From positions 310,720 through 374,719 of the forward strand of contig CAZEVT010000001.1 in the NCBI GenBank assembly GCA_964515005.1: a stretch of DNA of 64,000 nucleotides, written 5' to 3'. Source of the DNA: an uncultured Gammaproteobacteria bacterium (lineage in GTDB: Bacteria; Patescibacteriota; Microgenomatia; UBA10105; UBA927). Both the position numbers and the translations under genes were made by a program. The notes below the pieces were generated by a model. That model was not told the origin of the DNA and made no database searches. It worked only from the letters and a program-made list of their open reading frames with translations. Within the stretch, counting starts at the first letter, position 1. Every line of letters begins with the position of its first letter. Shown here in pieces: positions 1 to 8,502 of the stretch.

Positions 1-562
1 GCGCCATATAAAGAATATTTGGTAAATCTTCTATCGCGTCTTCCTCGTAATCCATAATATCTTTTCCAATATCAAAGAGAATCGTTTGAGTACGTAAAGC
101 AGTAGAATGTTTAGGAGTCCAATCAAGTGTTAACAGTTCAAGAACTCTTCCATAAAATATATTATCGCTAGATTTTCCCATGATATATTTTTCAATATCC
201 GTCCATGAAAACTTATAGCCTTGTTGTATGCGGTCATGTAGTATTTGTTCATATTTGAAAAATTGTTTTACTTCATATTCTACGCTCTCGAGTTCGTCGT
301 GAGTATATACCGGAATCATTGTGTAAAATTGTGTCCGTTGTTTTACAAACTCCGTAAGATATTCCGGACTTTTGGTTTCCGAAAACAGATCCAGAAGGCA
401 CGCACAGCGGATAGCTTTCCGCATAACGTCGCGAGTGAACGTTACATCACACTTTGGTGAAACTTCTCCGACAACCGCCGTGACCATGGCAAGAAACGGC
501 CGCTGGTCGATTTCCAGAAGTATATTCTCCATGCCTTTTGGATGATGAATGTCCGGTGACAT
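1..562 (-). CDS. hypothetical protein, N-terminal part (gene runs off the window start; not in the supplied ORF track)
   Basis: Reverse-strand ORF starts at ATG 562..560 (MSPDIHHPKGMENILLEIDQRPFLAMVTAVVGEVSPKCDVTF...) and stays open to position 1. Composition is protein-like. I recognise no family. Confidence 0.4.
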   Translation of the reverse strand, partial: MSPDIHHPKGMENILLEIDQRPFLAMVTAVVGEVSPKCDVTFTRDVMRKAIRCACLLDLFSETKSPEYLTEFVKQRTQFYTMIPVYTHDELESVEYEVKQFFKYEQILHDRIQQGYKFSWTDIEKYIMGKSSDNIFYGRVLELLTLDWTPKHSTALRTQTILFDIGKDIMDYEEDAIEDLPNILYMA

Positions 563-646
563 AGATTGCGTTAACGCTCCGCAATAGTATCTCAATCAAA
601 AAAATATGCAAGGCTGGGGGACAGTGGAGCGGTTTTTTTGATGGGA

Positions 647-675
647 TTGTGTCGAAAGGCTACATCTTGTATAAT
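647..675 (+). promoter_or_regulatory. candidate sigma70-type promoter for rpsA (TTGTGT-N17-TATAAT with extended -10 TG)
   Basis: TTGTGT at 647..652, 17-nt spacer, tgTATAAT at 668..675. A GAAGG Shine-Dalgarno lies about 8 nt upstream of the ATG at 708. Confidence 0.35.
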
Positions 676-707
676 ACCCCTATTCCAATCGAAAGAAGGT
701 AATATGA

Positions 708-1826
708 ATGACCAAATCACCAAAAGCCTCATCTAAAGCTTCCCCAGGCCCTCAAACCATGGAAGAGTTGCTCGCGGCTACGAGCTATACCCTGAAAGGC
801 GTGAAAAAAGGCGATGTTGTTGAGGGGAAAATCACCCGTGTTTCACCCAAAGAAGTTACGATTGACATCGGCAGCAAAACCGAGGGTGTGGTTATCGACC
901 GGGAGCTCGAGACATACCGTGATATGCTCATGGGGCTCAAAGTCGGAGACACGGTGGTGGCGCAAGTGATTGTTGCGGAAAATGACCGGGGTCAATCCGT
1001 TCTTTCGCTCCGCAGAAGCATTTTTGAGAAACGCTGGACGGCCCTCACCGAGCTTAAGGAGAAAGGCGAAGCGGTCGAGGTAATCCTTAAGGAGGCAGTA
1101 CGCGGAGGAATTCTTGTTGATTACGGCGGACTTCGTGGGTATATCCCGCAGTCTCAGCTGGACCACGAGACCGCAAAGCAGCTCGATAAGGCTCCGAACC
1201 GGAGAATTCAGGCGAAAATTGTCGAAGTTGACCGCGAAACCAACCGGCTGGTATTTTCCCAGAGAGCCGTATCCGAAGGCGAGAATCTTATCAAGCAAAA
1301 AGAGATTCTCTCCGCCCTTACCGTCGGTGAGACGGTTCAGGCTACGATTACCGGTATTGTCCCGTTTGGCGCGTTTGCGAAGCTTAAAGTTACCAAAGAT
1401 GGGGAAGAACACGATATTGAGGGACTCATTCACATCTCTGAAATCGCGTGGGAAAAGGTGGAAGACGTCAATCAGTACCTGAAAACCGGCGACAATATAA
1501 AAGTGAAAGTCATCGGCATCGATGCGGCGACAGGAAAACTTACCTTGTCCCTCAAGCAGCTTCTTCCGGATCCATGGGAGCATGTGTTGGACATGTTTGA
1601 GAAGGATAGCGCCGTCAAGGGAACCGTATCACGCGTCTCGCCATACGGGATATTTGTAAACCTTTCGCCCGGTATTGAAGGCCTTATTCACATCAGTAAA
1701 GTCTCTCCTGGTGAAGAACCAAAAAACGGAGACGAAATCCAGTGTATAATTGAAGAAATCAAACCCGACCAGCGGAAAATCAGCCTCTCCATGGCACTCA
1801 AAGAAAAACCGATCGGCTACCGGTAA
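708..1826 (+). CDS. rpsA: 30S ribosomal protein S1 (four S1 RNA-binding repeats)
   Basis: 372-aa ORF with repeated S1-domain signatures (GxV...G.V..i...G.FV.l..g..GlihiSei). This is the typical short S1 of small-genome bacteria. Confidence 0.9.
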   Translation: MTKSPKASSKASPGPQTMEELLAATSYTLKGVKKGDVVEGKITRVSPKEVTIDIGSKTEGVVIDRELETYRDMLMGLKVGDTVVAQVIVAENDRGQSVLSLRRSIFEKRWTALTELKEKGEAVEVILKEAVRGGILVDYGGLRGYIPQSQLDHETAKQLDKAPNRRIQAKIVEVDRETNRLVFSQRAVSEGENLIKQKEILSALTVGETVQATITGIVPFGAFAKLKVTKDGEEHDIEGLIHISEIAWEKVEDVNQYLKTGDNIKVKVIGIDAATGKLTLSLKQLLPDPWEHVLDMFEKDSAVKGTVSRVSPYGIFVNLSPGIEGLIHISKVSPGEEPKNGDEIQCIIEEIKPDQRKISLSMALKEKPIGYR

Positions 1827-1859
1827 CCATTTTTTCCCGCCCGTGTTAGAATATCCCCA

Positions 1860-3167
1860 ATGAAACTTCGCACGAGTTATGTATGCCAACAATGTGGCTA
1901 CGAATCACCCAGTTGGTACGGGAAATGCCCGAGTTGCGGGGAGTGGAACTCATTAGTTGAAACAGTCAAGGAAGTCGGGAGGGGACAGAGTTCAGGGGAC
2001 AGGGTACAGAACAAACTTGGTGCGAAACCTCAAAAACTTTCGGAAGTCAGACATATTGAGAAAAATCGTCTGAAAAGCGGGTTTGCGGAGTTTGATCGGG
2101 TCATGGGTGGGGGCATCGTGCCGGGCTCGGTGACCCTGCTAGCCGGCGATCCGGGGATCGGAAAATCGACACTTCTTCTTCACGTGATTGCCAAATGCGG
2201 GGGACTGTATGTCTCAGGCGAGGAATCGGCAGAACAGATTAAGCTGCGTGCCAAGCGCTTAGGTGTTGAGGGGGAAAATATCAGTATTTTGTCAGAAACG
2301 TCTGTAGAATCGATTGCGGCGAGCTTAGAGACGAGCGGCGACAAAAGTCTCGTCGTTGTCGATTCCATCCAAACGCTCTCTTCTGCTGATTTGGATGGTA
2401 TGGCAGGGTCTGTCGGCCAAATCCGTCACTGCGCAGAGGTACTCCTTGCTACAGCAAAATCCAAAGGTATTCCCATGATGATCATCGGTCATGTGACGAA
2501 AGAAGGGACCATTGCGGGGCCGAAAGTCTTAGAACATATGGTCGACACCGTTCTGTATCTTGAAGGCGAGCGGTTTGCCAACGCCAGAATTCTCCGGACG
2601 TTCAAAAACAGGTTCGGGGCAGTGGAGGAAGTGGGAATTTTTGAAATGGATGAAAAGGGACTGAAGGAGATATCCGACCCTAGTCGGATATTTCTTCAGG
2701 ATCGGGTAAAGAATGTTCCCGGATCGGTCGTGACTGTTATTATGGAGGGAACACGCCCGATGCTGGTCGAAATACAGGCGCTGGTGGTGTCTTCCCAGCT
2801 TGCCATGCCCAGGAGGGTGGCAAACGGCATCGACTACAACCGGCTGCAGCTTGTCGTTGCCATTCTTTCGAAGCGTTTAGGCCTGCCGCTTGGGAGCTTC
2901 GACATTTTTGTGAATGTCAGCGGTGGGATCAAAATACAGGAACCCGCGGCAGATTTGGCAGTCGCCCTTGCGCTAGTATCTTCGTTCAAAAACAAGGCAG
3001 TTGACCCCAAAACCGCCGTATTTGGGGAACTCGGGCTCTTAGGAGAAGTTCGCTCCATTGGCTCCGATGAGCGGAGGACCAAAGAAGCACATAGACTCGG
3101 ATTTACTGCCATTGTTTCTCCAAGAACGGTCCATAATCTCCTACAGGCTGCCAAACTCCTCGGATAA
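1860..3167 (+). CDS. radA: DNA repair protein RadA/Sms
   Basis: N-terminal C4 zinc ribbon (CQQCGY...CPSCGEW), RecA-like Walker A (GDPGIGKST), KNRFG motif, and a Lon-protease-like C-terminal domain. Confidence 0.9.
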   Translation: MKLRTSYVCQQCGYESPSWYGKCPSCGEWNSLVETVKEVGRGQSSGDRVQNKLGAKPQKLSEVRHIEKNRLKSGFAEFDRVMGGGIVPGSVTLLAGDPGIGKSTLLLHVIAKCGGLYVSGEESAEQIKLRAKRLGVEGENISILSETSVESIAASLETSGDKSLVVVDSIQTLSSADLDGMAGSVGQIRHCAEVLLATAKSKGIPMMIIGHVTKEGTIAGPKVLEHMVDTVLYLEGERFANARILRTFKNRFGAVEEVGIFEMDEKGLKEISDPSRIFLQDRVKNVPGSVVTVIMEGTRPMLVEIQALVVSSQLAMPRRVANGIDYNRLQLVVAILSKRLGLPLGSFDIFVNVSGGIKIQEPAADLAVALALVSSFKNKAVDPKTAVFGELGLLGEVRSIGSDERRTKEAHRLGFTAIVSPRTVHNLLQAAKLLG

Positions 3168-3191
3168 GTGAGTACCTGCTACAATAAATAT

Positions 3192-3899
3192 ATGGATGGC
3201 ACAAAAAAATCAGGGTACCCAAAAGTTTCCGTGATCGTTCCCACCTTCAATGAAGGAGAACGAGTCATTCCGGTGATTGAGAGCATTAAAAAATCCCCGT
3301 ATATCAAGGAGATTATCGTTGTTGACGATAGTTCTGAACGCGAAAGCAGAAGTATTTTACAGTCTCTCAAGGGCATCACGCTCATTTCGTTAAAAGAGAA
3401 TAGAGGAAAAGCATCGGCCATAAAAATTGGCGTATCACAGGCCCGCGCTGCGGTTGTCATGTTTGTGGATAGCGATTTGCGGAATCTTACCGCAAAAAAT
3501 ATCAATCACATGATCGAAGCCTTTTTTGAGGGAGGCTACGATATGGTCATCGGAGAAAGAGAAAAGGAGTGGAACATTGCACGGTTCATCGGCATGGCTA
3601 CGACACTTGCCGGAGAACGAATTATTAAAAAACAGATACTTGCGGGTCATATGGATATATTTGAAGCAAAAGGATACTTGCTTGAATCAGCAATAAACAG
3701 GATACTTTTTAGAAAATACAAGGTGGGAAGAGTGCTGCTTGCGGGGGTCGGACAATGGTGGAAGGGACAAAAAACCGGTATGAGCGCCATTTTTCTCAAA
3801 GATTTGCCTTGGATGGTTCGATACGTTCGGTTTTTAGGGATACGGGAGTTTCTCTTTCAGCTTTCTTACGCGAAGCGCATGAAATTTATAGCGAGATAA
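3192..3899 (+). CDS. family 2 glycosyltransferase (GT-A fold)
   Basis: VSVIVPTFNE...IIVVDDSS...DSD motifs. The track ORF starts at GTG 3168 directly after the radA stop; ATG 3192 (MDGTKK) is the more likely start. Confidence 0.75.
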   Translation: MDGTKKSGYPKVSVIVPTFNEGERVIPVIESIKKSPYIKEIIVVDDSSERESRSILQSLKGITLISLKENRGKASAIKIGVSQARAAVVMFVDSDLRNLTAKNINHMIEAFFEGGYDMVIGEREKEWNIARFIGMATTLAGERIIKKQILAGHMDIFEAKGYLLESAINRILFRKYKVGRVLLAGVGQWWKGQKTGMSAIFLKDLPWMVRYVRFLGIREFLFQLSYAKRMKFIAR

Positions 3900-3938
3900 G
3901 TTTTATAGAGAGATAAGTATGATACAATTTTTCCTGCA

Positions 3939-4727
3939 ATGAAAAAGAAAAAGAACGGGACGAACGCAATTCCTCCTGAACAGCTCGTTAAACCGGCCTT
4001 TACCCGGGCGCTTGCTGCGGAAATCGTCAAGAATTTGACCAGTATAGGTAGGTTTACCACGCGGCCCTTTTGGCGGGATGAACCCAAACATGAGGACATG
4101 AAGGTGGAAGAGCTCGGAGCGTACCCGATCCTCGTTGACACCAGCGTCCTTATTGACGGCCGGATACTCCCCATTGTCAACAGCGGATTCCTCACCGGAA
4201 CCCTTATTATCCCCAGATTTGTCCTCGGAGAGCTCCAGCACATTGCCGATTCCGATGATAGCCTCCGCCGTGCCAAGGGAAGGCGGGGGCTGGATATTGT
4301 CAACAAGCTTAAAGGACAGAGGGTCAACGCGCTTATTACCCTCAAGTTTGTTTCCGCAGATCCCCAGGGGGTTTCCGAAGTGGATCACAAGCTCGTTGAG
4401 CTTGCCAGAAGGTGGAGTAGGGAGAAGCCCCGGCTTCTAACCGTGGACTTTAATCTGGCTCATGTGGCCCGTGTCCAGGGCGTCAAAATACTGAATGTCA
4501 ATGATATCGCACAGGCTTTGAAAGTGAGCCTCATGCCGGGCGAAGAATTTACGGTGCGCATCACACACGATGGAAAAGAGCGCGCCCAGGGAGTAGGGTA
4601 TCTGCCTGACGGCACCATGGTGGTCGTAGATGACGCGCGCGGCCGCGTAGGGCAGGATATACTCGTGATTGTCACCAAGGTCCATCAAACCCCCGCAGGC
4701 CAGCTGTTTTTTGCTAGAATTAAATAA
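3939..4727 (+). CDS. PIN-domain plus TRAM-domain protein (YacL-like)
   Basis: PIN core (ILVDTSVLIDGRI...VLGELQ...D) followed by a C-terminal TRAM-like beta barrel (GEEFTVRITHDGKERAQGVGYLPDGTMVVVDDARGRVGQDILVIVTKV). In Firmicutes the PIN-TRAM gene yacL lies downstream of radA. Confidence 0.7.
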   Translation: MKKKKNGTNAIPPEQLVKPAFTRALAAEIVKNLTSIGRFTTRPFWRDEPKHEDMKVEELGAYPILVDTSVLIDGRILPIVNSGFLTGTLIIPRFVLGELQHIADSDDSLRRAKGRRGLDIVNKLKGQRVNALITLKFVSADPQGVSEVDHKLVELARRWSREKPRLLTVDFNLAHVARVQGVKILNVNDIAQALKVSLMPGEEFTVRITHDGKERAQGVGYLPDGTMVVVDDARGRVGQDILVIVTKVHQTPAGQLFFARIK

Positions 4728-4885
4728 TTTCCTTTCCCCAAGTTATCCACCTAATATATATAGATTTCTTTTTCATTGTTGTAACAGTCTTAACATAAAT
4801 AAAAAAACTATAAGACTCGCAAAATTACACTAGTAAAAATCCTATGGGTCTTGACAGAGAATAAGACGAGTGTTTGAATGAGTGT

Positions 4886-5044
4886 ATGAATATAAAAATG
4901 CTTTTCGCACGATTGGGTTTGGCGGTAAAATCAGATCGGAAAAGCCCAGTGGCCCGCGACCGAGAAAAGTTTGAAGAAGAAGTGAAGGAGCAGTTTCAAA
5001 AGCTCAAAGATAAGGGACTTTCGATACCGGTGTTTACGCTGTAA
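4886..5044 (+). CDS. small ORF (52 aa) inside the AT-rich noncoding island; hypothetical
   Basis: ATG 4886 to TAA 5042..5044. Product MNIKMLFARLGLAVKSDRKSPVARDREKFEEEVKEQFQKLKDKGLSIPVFTL is charged and helical. It is below the ORF-track length cutoff. Confidence 0.2.
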   Translation: MNIKMLFARLGLAVKSDRKSPVARDREKFEEEVKEQFQKLKDKGLSIPVFTL

Positions 5045-5264
5045 ACCAAAAAAAAGCATCACTACCGCTAGACATGGTTAGGCTACGAGTAGTAATGCCT
5101 TTTAGTGTTGGTATTATTTTTTGGGCAAAAAGATAATACCTAAGTGATCACGTTATCAGTGGTTTGTTTTGTTGTCAAATAAATTTTTGAAGCTACTTTT
5201 TTGATTTAGCTCGTTGAGTCGGGATTGTTTTATATTAATTATTAGCCTTAAAACAAGTACACCT

Positions 5265-5489
5265 ATGAACAGATCAGCTGAAGTTATCAATCAGATAGAC
5301 GCACAGGAAAGAGGTTTCTCGGCAGCAACAGGAGAAGCATTTCTTATCGCTACAATTTTACCTGCAGTCGGGCCGGAAGGGGCACTGAAGATTGTAGAAT
5401 CATTTAACACTGCCTTTTGTTATTCAAAGTTTTTTGATCACCAGTTACACGAAAAATTTCAGCGTCCACAAGTTTCTCCGAAAGAATAA
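5265..5489 (+). CDS. small hypothetical protein (74 aa from the internal ATG)
   Basis: Track ORF 5214..5489; the more plausible start is MNRSAEVINQ at 5265. No family recognised. It sits in the AT-rich island. Confidence 0.2.
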   Translation: MNRSAEVINQIDAQERGFSAATGEAFLIATILPAVGPEGALKIVESFNTAFCYSKFFDHQLHEKFQRPQVSPKE

Positions 5490-5666
5490 ATGCGTCCAAA
5501 CTTCCAACAGCAAACGATCTCCTGTTGACTTCTAAAAAATTCCGATATACAATCGCGACGATTCGAGCTAAACGACATTTTTTGAGCAAGAAAAGTTTTT
5601 TAAAAAATCGCGTAGAATTCTGTGTTCTGATGGGGGATTGACCGTTGGGCAGGCGATCAATCTCCC

Positions 5667-7277
5667 TTAGAGGATAGAATGAAGCGCGTTTTTGGTGAAG
5701 CGCTCGGTGTTTTGGAATATGCGTACCGTCGGGTGGTCAAATACTTGGAGAGACTCCTCGGCCGTATCATCATTCACTTCCACACCAAAAAGTTTCGGAT
5801 ACGAGGTGAACGTCGTCACTTCATGGTATCCTAGCTCTTCGTTCAACAATTTTTCATAGAACAGACTCGTCAATGGATATTGTTCTTTCAGGCGCGGCAT
5901 CGTCGCCCAAATTCTTCGGGTTGACAGGATAATATAATCGCCTGTTGCGAGTTTGTCCGCGTAATAGAGTTTTTTTTCTTCGTTGTCCGGTTCGTAGACC
6001 GTCAGAAGTTCACGGTTGGGGTAATAGACACGGCTGGGCATCTCGGCCAAATCCAGCGGTAGCCCATCATTCCAGTGTTCGGTATAGATGATCGCGTTTT
6101 CCGGAATATGCGCATAGCTCCATGTTGAAGCTTCTATTTTAGTTTGGGGTCGCATGTAGATTGTCCAGTTAGATAGACCCCAAAGGGACGTGGTCGCAAC
6201 CAGAAGTATCGTAAGGATAAGGCCCGCAGTACGGAAATGTTTTAAAACCGCAAAACAAAACCAGGCGGCAGCGAGGGTGACAAACGGCAGAAACGGTACG
6301 TTGTAGCGGGAAAATTTTGCAAACCACGTGCCGACCCAGGCGAAATACAGAAGAGGAAATATGAGAAACACAATGATTTCCTTGTGTTTTTTCCTGATCC
6401 CGGCAACGGCAAGGGCGATAAGCCCTACGAGTCCTACGAAGACCTGTGGACCGGCTTGCCAGAGCATGGTCGTCATCTGATAGAGGTATGGCACCGTACC
6501 GACAAATTGCAGCGTATAGGGAACGGAGTGCCTGCCAAGGGCGACACCGGTCTCGTAGGTCATGGATTCTTGAAAATGTTTGAGATCAAGGATGGTATAT
6601 GGGGAGAAAAGGAAAAAGATGGCTGCGGCAAGGGCGGAAAGCACACAAGCATACGCAAGTTTTTTGCGAAAACGTAGTGCGTGGGCAAGTAAAATGGCCG
6701 TTACCGGAATAACGCCAAACAAAAGACTTATTGTTTTGGCGGCAATCGCGAGTCCCCAGATGAATGCAAGCCCACAGACTGTTTTTGTCGATGGCTTCCG
6801 AAGAAACGAGTGAGAAAAGTAGGCGAGAAGTAAGAGAAAAAATACCAGCATGGTTTCAGTCGTTGAAAAATGTGCTTCGCGTATGGCCCAGGGGGAAAAA
6901 GCAAGGAGCCCCGCCGAAAGCAAGCCAACATGCCCTGAAAAATATGCCGCTCCGACGAGGTAGATGAGTCCAATGCTTATGGTTGAAAGGGTGGCGGACA
7001 CGAAGCGACCGACGACCGCGATATGGCCCCAATCATGAACCCAAGTCAGATCCTTAGAGAAGTACGCGACCGATTCGGCAAGAGCCCGGTAGAGATAAAT
7101 AGGAAGTCCCCCGTAGGCAAAAAACTTAGGATTCATGTCATTAAAAAATTGAATCCGGGTCACCGCCCAGGAGATATTACGCTCATCCGGGTGAAACGCG
7201 CCGAAGGAATCCCAATTGACTGCGCTAAAGCGAAGAATGGCGCCAAACAAGACGATGAGAATGAGTATTTTCTTCAT
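5667..7277 (-). CDS. GT-C fold membrane glycosyltransferase (PMT/ArnT, GT39/GT83-like)
   Basis: 536 aa. A polytopic N-terminal region has an early loop acidic motif (FHPDER), then multiple TM helices and a C-terminal soluble domain. The stop overlaps the start of the 7274..8488 gene by 4 nt. Confidence 0.7.
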   Translation of the reverse strand: MKKILILIVLFGAILRFSAVNWDSFGAFHPDERNISWAVTRIQFFNDMNPKFFAYGGLPIYLYRALAESVAYFSKDLTWVHDWGHIAVVGRFVSATLSTISIGLIYLVGAAYFSGHVGLLSAGLLAFSPWAIREAHFSTTETMLVFFLLLLAYFSHSFLRKPSTKTVCGLAFIWGLAIAAKTISLLFGVIPVTAILLAHALRFRKKLAYACVLSALAAAIFFLFSPYTILDLKHFQESMTYETGVALGRHSVPYTLQFVGTVPYLYQMTTMLWQAGPQVFVGLVGLIALAVAGIRKKHKEIIVFLIFPLLYFAWVGTWFAKFSRYNVPFLPFVTLAAAWFCFAVLKHFRTAGLILTILLVATTSLWGLSNWTIYMRPQTKIEASTWSYAHIPENAIIYTEHWNDGLPLDLAEMPSRVYYPNRELLTVYEPDNEEKKLYYADKLATGDYIILSTRRIWATMPRLKEQYPLTSLFYEKLLNEELGYHEVTTFTSYPKLFGVEVNDDTAEESLQVFDHPTVRIFQNTERFTKNALHSIL

Positions 7278-8488
7278 GGCATAAGTATTTCCATGGCTGC
7301 CCTCATCCCGAGCTCCACTGCGTAGTTGGTCCCGCGGTCCCAGGGGATGATAGAATCCATATTCGCAAGATATACGTCTTTAACCGGCGTCTTTATTGAC
7401 GGGATTTTTTCTGAATATCGAAGCTCATGAACCGGCTGGGCGAACGGGCCGACAAACATGAATGAATTATGAATTTTGAATTTTGAATTATGGCTTAAAC
7501 GCCTAATAAAAGGAAGAAATTCTTTAAGCAATTGTTCTTTTGTCATTGAAAGATATTTGTGACCCTGCGGTAGGTAGTTGCCAAAATAGGTGAGGTGGTA
7601 GCCAGCGTAATGCGATGTGTCCATGAAGTTAGTGTGGGCAACTGCGGCAAGAAAAGGGAACGACCGGTCGGTGATGTTGAGCCAGTAGATGTCTTTGAGA
7701 ATCGGTTCTTTGGTTTCAAGAATCAGTGTTTGGGCGTGCAAGTGGGGGACTATGGGCACATGAAGTGTTGGAATAAGTTTTTTTGCAATTGGACTGGGGA
7801 CGGTAAGCAGAATCCGATCGAATCCGTTCGGCAGACCATCGAGCTTTGTATTAGTTTTGATAATCCCGCCCTGTTTTTTGATTGCTTTTTCAAGCGCAAC
7901 GACGAGCGCATGAAAGCCGCCTTCCATGTAGGCGAGACTCGGAGTTCTTTTTTTGATCCTGGCCCAGAACCACGCGGCGTTGACGCGCGAGGCAAAGGCA
8001 CCGAATTTGCCAACCAAGAGTGGCTCCCACAGAACCTGGTAGGCCCTTTTCCCTCCTGCCGAAATCAATAGCTTTTCTGCGGTGAACTGTTCCAGAGGTT
8101 TCCAAAAAGGATTAATTTTTAGAAATACAAGGAGTGTGGCTGTCCTGAACTTGTCAGTAAACGACAGGCCCGGGAACGCCAGAAGATTCATGGGCGAATC
8201 CAAGGGATACGGCTTTCCCCGGTACAATGACGCAGTAATCGGGCGCTTGATAATTATTTTGTCTCCGAGACCCAATTTTTTTATGAGATTCAATATCGCC
8301 GAATCGTTGGTAAACCAGTGGTGGTAGGCGTACTCCAGATGCCAATCCCAATTTTTTCCTTTGAATCCATACGCGAGGCCCCCCAAGACCGGTGCTGCCT
8401 CAAAAAGCGTGACGTTGTGACCGCGTTTGGTAAGCATGTATGCCGCCGCAAGGCCCGTGAACCCGCCGCCGATAACTGCAACTTTCAT
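7274..8488 (-). CDS. FAD/NAD(P)-dependent oxidoreductase (amine-oxidase / protoporphyrinogen-oxidase / UDP-galactopyranose-mutase-like superfamily)
   Basis: N-terminal Rossmann dinucleotide fold MKVAVIGGGFTGLAAAYML...LFEA...GG. It is translationally coupled to the downstream GT-C gene. Confidence 0.7.
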   Translation of the reverse strand: MKVAVIGGGFTGLAAAYMLTKRGHNVTLFEAAPVLGGLAYGFKGKNWDWHLEYAYHHWFTNDSAILNLIKKLGLGDKIIIKRPITASLYRGKPYPLDSPMNLLAFPGLSFTDKFRTATLLVFLKINPFWKPLEQFTAEKLLISAGGKRAYQVLWEPLLVGKFGAFASRVNAAWFWARIKKRTPSLAYMEGGFHALVVALEKAIKKQGGIIKTNTKLDGLPNGFDRILLTVPSPIAKKLIPTLHVPIVPHLHAQTLILETKEPILKDIYWLNITDRSFPFLAAVAHTNFMDTSHYAGYHLTYFGNYLPQGHKYLSMTKEQLLKEFLPFIRRLSHNSKFKIHNSFMFVGPFAQPVHELRYSEKIPSIKTPVKDVYLANMDSIIPWDRGTNYAVELGMRAAMEILMP

Positions 8489-8502
8489 GAGGAGATTGTA
8501 TC

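Noticed and set aside
843-1583. 246-aa minus-strand ORF inside rpsA
   Set aside because: It is entirely antisense to the well-supported S1 gene, its composition is not protein-like, and it has no start context.
7595-8351. Several 60-160 aa plus and minus ORFs inside the FAD oxidoreductase gene
   Set aside because: They overlap a strongly supported CDS on the opposite strand or in an alternative frame. They have no independent support.
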